Below, one piece after another: positions 18,005 to 28,068 of a stretch of DNA of 64,000 bases. The notes under the pieces were generated by a model that was not told where the DNA came from, ran no database searches, and saw only the letters and a program-made list of their open reading frames with translations. Both the position numbers and the translations under genes were made by a program. Every line of letters begins with the position of its first letter. Within the stretch, counting starts at the first letter, position 1. Source of the stretch: Kofleriaceae bacterium (lineage in GTDB: Bacteria; Myxococcota_A; Polyangia; Haliangiales; Haliangiaceae); NCBI GenBank assembly GCA_035539815.1, contig DATLHR010000146.1, positions 8,063-72,062 of the forward strand, in the 5' to 3' direction.

Positions 18005-18472
18005 TCACCTCACGACGGTGTAGACGAAGTCTCGCGGTGCGCCGGCGTGGCAGTCGGTGCACGTGTCGTCACCCTCGCCGTTGGCGACGGTGTCGCCGCG
18101 GCTGCCCTCGTACCAGTACCAGCTGTCGCCGCCACCTTCGCCGGAGACCTTGCGATAGACGGCGAACAGCGCGATCCGGCCGCCGCTGTCGTAGATCTCT
18201 TTCACGGCCGCGGCGCCGACCGGGTACGGGCCATCGCCGGTCGAATCGCGGAGCAGGTCGTTGCTGCAGATCCGATTCGTGCCGTGGCCCGAGCCCAGGC
18301 GCCGCGGGTGGGGCGCCGGTTCGCATGTCCACGTCAGGTAGTGCCCGGCCTCCAGCCAATCGTGGATGTCCGACGACCCTCGCGGGGGAACCTGGGGATC
18401 GGTCGTGACGTCACCGTAGCTGGCCTTGTCGCAGGCCGCGGTCGCGAGCAGGAAGAAGGCGAGCCAGCGCAT
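18005..18472 (-). CDS. cytochrome P460 / cytochrome c'-beta-like haem lipoprotein
   Basis: 155 aa. Lipobox LLATAAC. Single C-terminal CxxCH (DDTCTDCHAGAPRDFVYTV) preceded by GGDSWYWYEG. This arrangement is typical of the P460 family. Confidence 0.5.
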   Translation of the reverse strand: MRWLAFFLLATAACDKASYGDVTTDPQVPPRGSSDIHDWLEAGHYLTWTCEPAPHPRRLGSGHGTNRICSNDLLRDSTGDGPYPVGAAAVKEIYDSGGRIALFAVYRKVSGEGGGDSWYWYEGSRGDTVANGEGDDTCTDCHAGAPRDFVYTVVR

Positions 18473-18509
18473 GCTGCAATCTACGCACGAGACGCGGTCC
18501 GGTTACAGG

Positions 18510-19730
18510 TCAGCCGGAGACAGTCCTGCGCGGACGGCGGCGCCGGCTCGGCGTTGATGCGGTCTGGCGCACTCGCTCGATCACCGCGAGCGCGAGCTTC
18601 GCGTCGTCGGGGATGAACGTGATCGACGGGGCCGCGAGCAGCGCGCGATCGTGCGACGACACCGCGCCGATGATCGCGAGCTGGGTCGCGTTCTCGGTCT
18701 CGAGGCCGCGCGCGTACATGCACAGCTCGAGCGCGTTCATCACGCCGCGCAGCCGCGCGCTGACGAACACGAGCTCCGGGTGGTCGCGGTTGAGCTTGTG
18801 CGCGGCGTCGGTGCCCTCGCTCGCGATCTCGATGGCCGCGGCGGCATACGCGCGGCGGGCGAGGCTACACATCCAGCGCGCGCGCGCGGTGTCGTCCTCG
18901 ACCACGAGGACGCGGATCGTGCGCGTCTGCTTGCCTTCGCGCTCGAGGATCGCATCGAGCTGCGCGAGCGCTTCCTTCGCCGACGGCGGGCGCAGCGCCG
19001 CCTGCTTGGCCAGCAGCCACTCGACGAGGTCCGACAGATCGACGGGGAGGTCCTCGCGCAGATCGACGAGGCGCGGCGGCGGCGCGTGGCCGTGACCGCG
19101 CAGCTGCGCGGCGGTGTCCTCGCCGGCAAACGGCGGACTGCCGCACGCGAGCTCGATCGCGATGCAGCCGAGCCCGTACAGATCGATCGCCTGGGCGGCG
19201 CCGGGATCCGAAGCGTCGACCTCGCCGCGCACGACCTCGGGCGCGAGGATGCGGCCGAGCGGGCCGGCGGCGGGCACCTGCGAGAGCGAGAGCCGGCCGA
19301 AGAGGACGCGATCGTCGGCGCCGAGCAGCGTCGTCGCGCAAGAGATGTCACCGACGGCGACGCCGGCCGCGTGCGCGCTCGCGACCGCGGCGAACACGCC
19401 GCGCAGCAGCGCGAGGTAGCGCGGCGCCGGCAGCGTCTCGCCGAGGAGATCGCGGAGCAGCGTGCCGGTGAGTCGCTCGGCCACGACGTACTCGCGCCCT
19501 TCGTGGCGGCCCATGCCGAAGATCGCGGCGGCGCACGGAGCGCGGACCGTGGCGCACCGCCGCGCCTCGAGGATCATCGACGGGGCCGACGGGTCCTCGG
19601 GCGCGAGCTTCAGCGCGACGAGGCGATCGAGCAGCATGTCGCGCGCCTCGAACACCACACCCGTCTCGGTGCGCGCGAGCTCGTCACGGAGCGTGTACGC
19701 GCCGGCGATGAGGTCACCACGCTCCGCCAT
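18510..19730 (-). CDS. Ser/Thr protein-kinase-like pseudokinase fused to a degenerate receiver domain
   Basis: VALK Lys and APE are present. However, HRDLKPxN is replaced by VGDISCAT, DFG by FGR, and the Gly-loop is degenerate. The C-terminal REC-like fold (IRVLVVEDD...) has ELVFVSARL instead of the DxxxxD phospho-acceptor. Confidence 0.7.
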   Translation of the reverse strand: MAERGDLIAGAYTLRDELARTETGVVFEARDMLLDRLVALKLAPEDPSAPSMILEARRCATVRAPCAAAIFGMGRHEGREYVVAERLTGTLLRDLLGETLPAPRYLALLRGVFAAVASAHAAGVAVGDISCATTLLGADDRVLFGRLSLSQVPAAGPLGRILAPEVVRGEVDASDPGAAQAIDLYGLGCIAIELACGSPPFAGEDTAAQLRGHGHAPPPRLVDLREDLPVDLSDLVEWLLAKQAALRPPSAKEALAQLDAILEREGKQTRTIRVLVVEDDTARARWMCSLARRAYAAAAIEIASEGTDAAHKLNRDHPELVFVSARLRGVMNALELCMYARGLETENATQLAIIGAVSSHDRALLAAPSITFIPDDAKLALAVIERVRQTASTPSRRRRPRRTVSG

Positions 19731-19751
19731 CCGTCCGTTGTCGCACGGCTC

Positions 19752-20366
<615 letters not shown>

Positions 20367-20416
20367 GCGCCGGCGAGCTTGCCATGCGCTCGCGGGCCTG
20401 GCTTGCACGCGCTTGC

Positions 20417-21265
20417 TTAGGTGGACATCAGCACCGCACCGGCCGCGACCAGCGCGGCGCCGATCAGCTCGATCCGCCGCGGCCGCTCCCCGAGCAGCCA
20501 GGCAAGCCCCGCCGCGAACAGCACGGACGTGTTGCGCAGCGTCAGCACGTAGCCCGAGCCTCCCCGCGCGAGGGCTTCCATGAGGATGAGGAACGAGCCG
20601 CCGCAGACGAGGCCCATCAGCGCGATGCGCGGCCCGCGCGCGCGGAGGAGATCCGCGAGGCGAGCGCGTCCATCGCCGCCGATGCGGATCACGTTGATCA
20701 GCGCGGAGAGCCCGAGCGACAGCGCGAACGTCGCCGATGGATTCGCCGCCTCGCGCAGCGCCGCCTTGTACGCGAGGTGATAGCCGGCGATCGACCCCGC
20801 ACACGCGATCGCCCACAGGATGCCCGCCCGATGCCGTGCGTCACCGCCGCCCCACGAGCCCAGGCTCGTCAGCGTCAGCCCGAGCAGGACGCACACGCTG
20901 CCCGCCGTCGACGACGCGGTCACCGCCTCGGCGAACAGCGCGATCGACATCGGCCACACCACGAGCACCGCACCGCCGCGCGAGACCGTGTACACGGCGC
21001 CGAGCCTGCCGAGCTCGATCGCACGCGCGAGCGTCGCGAAATACACCGCCTCGAACAGACCCGCGAGCGCGGTGTAGCCCACGCCTTCCCAGGTCGCGAA
21101 CGGCACCTCGCCGAGCGCCCACCGGACCGCGGCGATCACGCTGGCGAACGTCGCCGCCACCGCGATCGCACCGACGAGCCCGCGGTCCTTGTCTGGCTCG
21201 ATGCGCAGCAGCGCGTTCCACCCCGCATGGAGGAACGCGGACAGCAGCACGAGCGCGACGATCAC
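20417..21265 (-). CDS. EamA/DMT-family transporter
   Basis: 282 aa with about 10 predicted hydrophobic helices. The N-terminus MIVALVLLSAFLHAGWNALLR is typical of EamA repeats. Confidence 0.75.
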   Translation of the reverse strand: MIVALVLLSAFLHAGWNALLRIEPDKDRGLVGAIAVAATFASVIAAVRWALGEVPFATWEGVGYTALAGLFEAVYFATLARAIELGRLGAVYTVSRGGAVLVVWPMSIALFAEAVTASSTAGSVCVLLGLTLTSLGSWGGGDARHRAGILWAIACAGSIAGYHLAYKAALREAANPSATFALSLGLSALINVIRIGGDGRARLADLLRARGPRIALMGLVCGGSFLILMEALARGGSGYVLTLRNTSVLFAAGLAWLLGERPRRIELIGAALVAAGAVLMST

Positions 21266-21272
21266 GCGCCGC

Positions 21273-22982
21273 TTAGCGTCGAACGGAGAACACCTTGAGC
21301 GGCTTCTCCTTGCCCTTGAGGCTGGCGTCGGGCAGCGCCTCGAGGCGGAACCGTCCGCCGAGCTGCGCCGCCGTCGCCTCCGAGATGATGATCTGCCCGC
21401 CCGCCGCGATGCCGCACAGGCGCGCGCTGGTGTTCACGGTGTCACCGATCACCGTGTACGAGAGCGACTTCGAGCTGCCGACGTAGCCCGAGATCAGCGG
21501 GCCGGTGTGGATGCCGATGCCGGTCGCGAGCGGCTTCTCTCCCATCGACACGCGGTGCGCGTTGAGGGATTCGAGGATCTCCATCTGCTCGAGTGCGCAC
21601 TGCACGCTGCGCACGGCGTCGTCGGCTTGAACGGCGGGGGCGCCCCAGAACGCCATGATGCCGTCGCCCATGAACTTGTCGAGCGTGCCTTCGTACTTGA
21701 AGATCGCCTCGACCATCAGCTCGAAGTACTCGTTGAGGATCTCGACCATCTTCTCGGCGGTCGTCTCCTCGCTCATGCGCGTGAAGCCGCGCAAGTCGCT
21801 GTTGAACACCGTCGCGTTGGGGACGCGAACGCCGCCCTTCTTGATGTCGAGCTTGCCCGAGACGACCTGCTCGGCGACGTTGGGCGACAGCAGGCGCGAG
21901 AACCGCTCGCGGGTCGCGACCTCCTTCTGCACCTTCGTCGCGAGGATCGTGTTGGAGATCAACACGGCCACCTGATTGCCGACGGCGGTCAGCAGCTCGA
22001 GATCCTTCTTGCTGAACGACGCGATCGTCTCCGAGTCGAGCCACAGCACGCCGATGATCGCGCGCTCGTGCAGCAGCGGGACGACGATCGCGCTCGAGAT
22101 GCGGTTCAGGAACATCGACTTGCCGCCCGACGCGGCGAAGTCGGAGCCGGCGTCGTGGCTCAGCACGCCGGCGCGCTCCTTGATGACGTGATTGAGGATC
22201 GTCGACGACAGGTTGATCGGCTCGTTCTTGCCGTCGCGCCGGCGATGGGCGCGCGGCACGAGGTCGCCGCGCTCCTCGAGCAGGATCACCCCGCGATCGG
22301 CGGACACGAACCGGAACAACGCGACGAGGATCTTGTCGAGCAGCCGGTCGATGTCGCGCTCCTGCCCGATCTCGCGCAGCAGCTCCCACGTGATGCGCAG
22401 GCGTTCGTAGTCGAGGCGAAGCGCCGCGGCATCACGCGACGCCTCGTCGAACGGCAAGAACTCCTTGGCCTGCGCCGAGACCTGCACGCCGATCGCGCGC
22501 TTCTCGTTGTTCACGTTGACCGAGCTCAGCGCCGCCTGTGGCTGCGGTTGTTGCAGCAGCTGCTCCGGCACGATCGGCGTCGCGATCGGCGTGGTGCTGC
22601 GCTGGACCCAGCCGGGCTTGGGCGCAGGCTTCTGCGCGATCATGCCCTGGCACGGCGGCGGCAGCTCGAAGTGGAAGGGGTTGACGCCGTCGTCGTACAT
22701 GAACGCCGTCGTGCCCATGTAGATCATGTCGCCGTGGTGCAAAGGCCGTACACCGGCGACGCGCTCGCCGTTGACGTACGTGCCGTTCATGCTGCCGAGA
22801 TCGCGCAGCACGGCCATGTGGCCTTGCCGCTCGATCACGCAGTGCTCCTTGCTCACGATCGTGTCGAGCACCTGGATCGTGTTGTCGGGGTGGCGACCCA
22901 GGCGTGTCGCGGCGTCGAGCTCGATCGCCTGCCGTCCCTGTGCATCCTGATAGACCAGCCGAGCCATCGAGCTGTCGAGCAT
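21273..22982 (-). CDS. FHA - GAF - class III adenylate/guanylate cyclase
   Basis: FHA: TRLGRHPDNTIQVLDTIVSKEHCVIER...NGTYVNGERV. The central region is GAF-like. Cyclase: ATVFNSDLRGFTRMSE...GTLDKFMGDGIMAFWGAP...GIHTGPLISGYVGS...YTVIGDTVNTSARL. Confidence 0.85.
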   Translation of the reverse strand: MLDSSMARLVYQDAQGRQAIELDAATRLGRHPDNTIQVLDTIVSKEHCVIERQGHMAVLRDLGSMNGTYVNGERVAGVRPLHHGDMIYMGTTAFMYDDGVNPFHFELPPPCQGMIAQKPAPKPGWVQRSTTPIATPIVPEQLLQQPQPQAALSSVNVNNEKRAIGVQVSAQAKEFLPFDEASRDAAALRLDYERLRITWELLREIGQERDIDRLLDKILVALFRFVSADRGVILLEERGDLVPRAHRRRDGKNEPINLSSTILNHVIKERAGVLSHDAGSDFAASGGKSMFLNRISSAIVVPLLHERAIIGVLWLDSETIASFSKKDLELLTAVGNQVAVLISNTILATKVQKEVATRERFSRLLSPNVAEQVVSGKLDIKKGGVRVPNATVFNSDLRGFTRMSEETTAEKMVEILNEYFELMVEAIFKYEGTLDKFMGDGIMAFWGAPAVQADDAVRSVQCALEQMEILESLNAHRVSMGEKPLATGIGIHTGPLISGYVGSSKSLSYTVIGDTVNTSARLCGIAAGGQIIISEATAAQLGGRFRLEALPDASLKGKEKPLKVFSVRR

Positions 22983-23024
22983 ACCGCGACTCGGGGTACG
23001 TACGTCACATCGACGGCGACCGGA

Positions 23025-24893
23025 TCATCGCGTGTGTACCGTCCACACGTGTGCGATCACCGCGGCGGCGAGACCCTTGATCGGAACCTCGACGCGCTGG
23101 AGGGTACTCGCATGCTCGGCGAGGTAGGCCTGCACGCTCGGCGTCGCGAACGTTTGGGCCGAGAGCGCGACCTGGCCGCTCGCTGCGACGGACTGGAGCT
23201 TGGCCGCGAGGTTCACGGCGTGACCGAAGTAGTCGATGTTCGTCGCGAGCCGCACCGCGATGCACTTGTCGGTGTTCAGCGAGATCCGCACGCGTAGACC
23301 ATCGGGTGTGGTGAACGCGTGCTGGATGGCGCCGGCGGCGCGCACGGCGGCGGCGGGATCATGGAACGCGGCCATCACGGCGTCGCCGATCGTCTTCACC
23401 AGCGCGCCACCGTGCGCGGCGATGATCGCGAAGATGTCGGTGAAGTGACGCTTCACCGCCGCGAACGCCGCGGCGTCCCCGCGCGTCGCGTACATCGCGG
23501 TCGAGCCGACGAGGTCGGTGAACAGGATCGTCTGCTGTCCGACCTCGATGCGAACGTCGGTGCCGAGGAACTCCTCGGCGAACAGGTCACGGAACTCGGG
23601 ATGGCTGAACAGCCGCCCCGGCCGCAGCGCGAGATCGATCGGTCGCGCGGCCTCGATGATGAACGTCTGCGACGTCGGCAGGTCGTTGACGAGCGTCAGG
23701 GCCGCGTGCGGCTCGGCGGGTCGCTCGCCGAGGGGAGCGCTCGCGCGCCACGCCAACGCGGGTCCCGGTTCGCTCGCAGCGGCCCCGACCTCGAGCCAAC
23801 CGGCGACCGTGTTCCGGCCGCGCTTGCGCAGGCGATAGCGTCCCGGCTGCAGGTCGACGTCGACGGCGGCATCCGCGCCGGGCGGCACCGCACGCTGCAC
23901 CTGGATGTGCGGCTTGGTCGCCGGCTCGGCGCTGCAGTACAGGCGCTCCGCGATCGGCCGGAGCGAGGCGTGGACGCGGAACGTGATCTCGAGCGCCGCC
24001 TCGGTGCCGAACGTCACATCGCACACCTCGCACGCACCCGATCGCGGGACCTCGGCGAGCCGATCTTGCGAGGCGCGCACGCCGCGGCAGTGTGGGCACA
24101 CGACGTCCCACGCCATGTCGAGCAGGCCCGCGCGCGTCGCGTGGAGGAACACGCGCAGCAGCGCGTCCTCGTCGAGTCCCCACGCCCGCGCGCGCTCGCG
24201 GACCTGGATGCGATGCAGGTCGAGCTCGTCGCCGTCGCGCACGTAGGCCACGAGCCGATCGATCGCCGTGGCGTCGAGCTCGCGGCCACGCAGGTCGCGT
24301 TCGATCGCGGCGAGCCGCTGTGCCCCCACCGGCGTGAGCGCGGCGGGCGGCGGGACGTACACCGGCGGCAACCGATCGCGGTGCTCGGCCGCGAGCGCGG
24401 GCAAGGTCTTGCGCAGCCGGCGGCCGATCTGCGCGAAGCTGAGCTTGAGCGGTGGGACGAAGATCGCCCACCGCGGCACCGCGCCGAAGTACTGGTGCAC
24501 GCGCGTGGTCGACGTTCCCGCGGGCTCGAGGTGCAGCACGCTGTAGAACGCGCGCATCGCGCCCTTGGTGTAGATGCGCACGAACGAGAACCAGCGATTC
24601 GCGACCCAGTCCCACGGCACCTCGCGCCACACGTGCCGGACGCCGTTGTAGCGCGCGCGCCCCCACCGCTCGCCGCTGCGCTCCTCGAAATCCATCTCGG
24701 GGTTACCGAGCGCGCGGTTGAGCCGCGACACGTCCGACACCAGCGGCCACAGCTCCGCGGGCGCGAGCGGCACGTCGATCTGCCAGAGCCACTCGAGCCG
24801 TCGCGCGCCGGCGTACTCGGTGGGCCACGGGTGCGCCTCGAGCAGCTCGCCGATGGTCAGTGACCTGCCGCCACACGCGAGCTCGGATCCCAC
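23025..24893 (-). CDS. class III adenylate/guanylate cyclase with N-terminal SRPBCC-like and Cys4 domains
   Basis: C-terminal cyclase core ILFTDLVGSTAMYATRGD...KTIGDAVMAAF...YFGHAVNLAAKL. Internal CPHC...CEVC motif. Confidence 0.8.
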   Translation of the reverse strand: MGSELACGGRSLTIGELLEAHPWPTEYAGARRLEWLWQIDVPLAPAELWPLVSDVSRLNRALGNPEMDFEERSGERWGRARYNGVRHVWREVPWDWVANRWFSFVRIYTKGAMRAFYSVLHLEPAGTSTTRVHQYFGAVPRWAIFVPPLKLSFAQIGRRLRKTLPALAAEHRDRLPPVYVPPPAALTPVGAQRLAAIERDLRGRELDATAIDRLVAYVRDGDELDLHRIQVRERARAWGLDEDALLRVFLHATRAGLLDMAWDVVCPHCRGVRASQDRLAEVPRSGACEVCDVTFGTEAALEITFRVHASLRPIAERLYCSAEPATKPHIQVQRAVPPGADAAVDVDLQPGRYRLRKRGRNTVAGWLEVGAAASEPGPALAWRASAPLGERPAEPHAALTLVNDLPTSQTFIIEAARPIDLALRPGRLFSHPEFRDLFAEEFLGTDVRIEVGQQTILFTDLVGSTAMYATRGDAAAFAAVKRHFTDIFAIIAAHGGALVKTIGDAVMAAFHDPAAAVRAAGAIQHAFTTPDGLRVRISLNTDKCIAVRLATNIDYFGHAVNLAAKLQSVAASGQVALSAQTFATPSVQAYLAEHASTLQRVEVPIKGLAAAVIAHVWTVHTR

Positions 24894-24923
24894 GCCCGCG
24901 AGTATGCCCGACGAGACGGGTGC

Positions 24924-25985
24924 TCAGAGCACGAAGCGAAACCCAAACGACGCCCCGTAGGTGAACCCACCGAGCTGCCACGTCTCGGTCACGGTGGGCT
25001 CGCAGCGCGCCGTGCAGTACATGACCTTGGCGTCGACGTCGTGCGCGGGGCTGCCATCGACGCGCAACGCGAGGCGCGCTTCGATCGTGTCGGACAGGCG
25101 CCACGCGGCCCCGAGCTCGGCGGCGCCGGCCGGCGTCCAGAACAGGAGGAGGTCAGCGCCCGGGCGCGTCGCGCGGACCGCCGTGGCCGAGATGCGCTGC
25201 GCACCGACCTCGAGCGCGATCTCGAGATCGAGCTGCGGGTGTGGTGAGGCCAGCCCGAGCGCGATGTTCATGCCGGCGGTGGTGCTGCGGTAGCCGCTCG
25301 TGCCCGACAGCCGATAACCGGCGGTAGGTCCCACGCGCAGTGGTCCGAGCCGCGCGCGTGCGGTCACGCCGAGCGCGCCGAGCAACGAGGGCGACGGGTA
25401 GTACTGGTCGGCGTTGCGCGCGCCGAACGATCCCCCGCCCGCGAACGCCGCGAACGTCAGGTCGGCGCGCGGCACCGTGGGCGTGGCGGTGGCGCGCTTC
25501 TCGATCGCATCGAACGCCGACATCGAGGGCGGGACGCACGCTGCCTCGCGCAAGAGGCCGTGCTCGACGATGCCGGTGCTCGGCGCGCCGTGCTCGTCCC
25601 ACTGCGCGAAGCAGCCGATCGGGGCACCTTCCCGGAAGCGACCCAGCATCGCGCGCGCGCCGCTCGGGTGCCAGAACGCCCAGATCCCGTCGGGGACCGA
25701 GCGGCTGCCGAGATCGACGTACGTGCCATGCGCCGCCACCTTGCCGTTGGAGTGCCAGCGCGTGAACGGTCCCTCGACGCCGCTCGTCATCGTCGCGTTC
25801 GCGATCCCGAGTGCACCCTCGAAGCCGCGGCCGGGCGTGGGCAGGTTCGCCATCGTCGTCGCCTGGCTCGTGCAGTACTGCGCGTGCTTGATCGGATGCC
25901 CTTCGCTGACCAGGCGCGTCCCGGTCGGGCACACCGTGTTCACCGTCGCGCACGCCGAGCACGCCAGGACCACCACCCACTTCAT
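24924..25985 (-). CDS. secreted protein: MORN-variant repeats plus C-terminal beta-barrel-like domain
   Basis: Signal/lipobox MKWVVVLACSAC. Repeats of the form G.F..WH.NGK....G.Y.....DG.W.FWH.SG. The C-terminal half alternates hydrophobic residues and ends GFRFVL. Confidence 0.5.
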   Translation of the reverse strand: MKWVVVLACSACATVNTVCPTGTRLVSEGHPIKHAQYCTSQATTMANLPTPGRGFEGALGIANATMTSGVEGPFTRWHSNGKVAAHGTYVDLGSRSVPDGIWAFWHPSGARAMLGRFREGAPIGCFAQWDEHGAPSTGIVEHGLLREAACVPPSMSAFDAIEKRATATPTVPRADLTFAAFAGGGSFGARNADQYYPSPSLLGALGVTARARLGPLRVGPTAGYRLSGTSGYRSTTAGMNIALGLASPHPQLDLEIALEVGAQRISATAVRATRPGADLLLFWTPAGAAELGAAWRLSDTIEARLALRVDGSPAHDVDAKVMYCTARCEPTVTETWQLGGFTYGASFGFRFVL

Positions 25986-26081
25986 GCGCGCGATGCTACG
26001 CGCCCGGCGCGGCCGGACGGAGCAAACGCAGCTGGCACGCGCTCACGGCCGCGTGGGCGAGGCCGCAATCGCATGTCGCAC

Positions 26082-26459
26082 CTACTTGCCGGGCAGCAGC
26101 TCGCCGAGGCGGCGCTGGAACGTCGCCTCGTCGATGGCGTGCAGGTCATCGCGGATGCGGGCGCGTGGCGTACCGGTCGGATCGAGGAACTGCTTGTCGG
26201 TCTTGAGCGCCGTCGGCGAGACCTCGCCGCGGCCGGTGAGCGTGCCCTTGCCCGCGGGCTTGAGGTCGTAGCTCCAGCTCGTGAACTGCCAGGCCGGGCC
26301 TTCGAACGTGAGCGTGCCTTCGTACGCGCCCTTGGGATCGGCGACGGCGAACACCGCACCCTCGCGCTGGGTCATGGTCGCCGGGTGCTCCTCGCCCGGG
26401 TTGACCACGTACTCCTCGATGGTCTTCGCGGCGGGATCGATCGTCCGGCGCACGATCAC
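26082..26459 (-). CDS. hypothetical protein, possibly 5'-truncated or frameshifted
   Basis: 125-aa ORF from a GTG. The same frame stays open and coding-like for 38 more codons upstream without any start codon (see findings). Confidence 0.35.
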   Translation of the reverse strand: MIVRRTIDPAAKTIEEYVVNPGEEHPATMTQREGAVFAVADPKGAYEGTLTFEGPAWQFTSWSYDLKPAGKGTLTGRGEVSPTALKTDKQFLDPTGTPRARIRDDLHAIDEATFQRRLGELLPGK

Positions 26460-26688
26460 CGCGACGGGCGGGCCGTAGGGCGTCGCGCCGTCGGGGTACG
26501 TCGCAGGACGATCGTGAGGTAGCGCATGCGCGGACTGTAGGCGTGCTGGGAGCGCGACGTCGAGACCGAGCGATCAGCAGGGAGAGAACGCACGAGCCCA
26601 CGACTCTCGAGGCGCTGATCCGAGAGGCGCTGCGCCGATGCCCGGTTCCCCGCGTCTGAGAGAGCGAGCGGGGAGTAGTAGGAGGTTG

Positions 26689-27864
26689 TCAGCGCGTTCG
26701 GCGGCGGCGAAGGCCGGCGAGCGCGAGCCCGAGCGCGAGCCCGGTGCCGCGACCGGAGTTGCAGCCATCGTCGATGGCATAGGACTCCGCGACGCGCACG
26801 GGGCCGACCCGCTCGCCATCGAAGCGCACCAGCTCGACGCCGTGGTCCTGGCTGAACGCGAACACGTTGTCCCCGACGGGCTCGATCGCGATCATGATGT
26901 TGTCGCGAAGCTCGTGCGTGACGAGCTCCGTGGTCGGCTCGCGCAGGATGCCGGACGGATCGAGCTCCGCGATCACGTACTGGTCCTGGGCGCTGTCTTC
27001 GCGGTGCTGGATCCAGTAGACGCGTGGCCCCGCGCCGAGCAGCCGAGCGCCGTACGTCGATGCGACGCTGTGCTCGGACGTGCTGCCATCAGGAGCGATG
27101 CGCCGGAGCACGCGGCCGTAGGCGGCGAGGATCGCGCCCTCGCGATCGATCGCGAGCGACCCGAGGCCGGCCTGCCGTGCGAGCTCGATCGTCGCGCCGT
27201 TCGTCCGCGCGATGAACAGCCCTCCGTCCTGCAGGTACATCGTCGCGGCGAAGCCCGCGCCCGCGGCGGTCACGCCCTGGCGGTCGACACGGCCCGGAAA
27301 GGGGAATGGGGCGCCGACGTTGCCCTCGGCGTCGATCCAGCGCGCCTGCTGATATCGATCGTCGTACTCGACGACGAGGAAGCGGTCATCGATCGCGAAC
27401 GGTTCGAGATGGGAGTCGCCGCCGGGGCTCACGTAGCTCGGGCCGTAGCGGAACGTGTCACCGAGCGTGCTGTCGGAGCCGAGCGTGGCGCCGAACGCCT
27501 CGACACCATCGAACCAGGTCAAGTACGTGCCGTTGTCGTTGCCCGCCAGCCTGGGCACTCCCACGGTGCCTGGGACCGTCACGAGAGGACCGACGGTGCC
27601 GGTCGCGTAGTCGAGCGTCGTGATCACGACCTCGTCGAGGTCACCTTCCCGCGTCCGCATCGCGATCCGCGCGCCGCCCGCGGTCTCGATCGCGGATGGG
27701 TAGGCGTACGTTCGGTACACGGAATCGTCACCATCGGCGTCCCCGGGGGCGGGACACGTGTCCATGCCGTCGCTGATCCACGGCGGACTGTCGCGGCAGA
27801 TCCGACCGTCTGCGTCCTGCATGCAACCCGCCGCGAGCACACAGGGCAAGACGACCCAACGCAT
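26689..27864 (-). CDS. lipoprotein with MYXO-CTERM-type tail
   Basis: ATG at 27864 gives MRWVVLPCVLAAGC. The C-terminus is DDGCNSGRGTGLALGLALAGLRRRRTR (Gly-Cys, TM helix, Arg cluster). Confidence 0.6.
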   Translation of the reverse strand: MRWVVLPCVLAAGCMQDADGRICRDSPPWISDGMDTCPAPGDADGDDSVYRTYAYPSAIETAGGARIAMRTREGDLDEVVITTLDYATGTVGPLVTVPGTVGVPRLAGNDNGTYLTWFDGVEAFGATLGSDSTLGDTFRYGPSYVSPGGDSHLEPFAIDDRFLVVEYDDRYQQARWIDAEGNVGAPFPFPGRVDRQGVTAAGAGFAATMYLQDGGLFIARTNGATIELARQAGLGSLAIDREGAILAAYGRVLRRIAPDGSTSEHSVASTYGARLLGAGPRVYWIQHREDSAQDQYVIAELDPSGILREPTTELVTHELRDNIMIAIEPVGDNVFAFSQDHGVELVRFDGERVGPVRVAESYAIDDGCNSGRGTGLALGLALAGLRRRRTR

Positions 27865-28068
27865 CCCGCGACGTCCTGCATCGCGTGGGCCACTGCCGAT
27901 CGACGCGGGGAGCGTCGTCGTCGTCAGGTTCTCGACGCCGCGGGCCGCGGTCTCGCCGAGATCCTGACGAGCTGCTGTCACGATCTCGGCGCCACGCGCG
28001 GGGCGCGGCGCAGCCGAGCCTGCTGGGTCACGACAGATCGCGTGCAGACCGCGCCGTATCGCGCGCGA

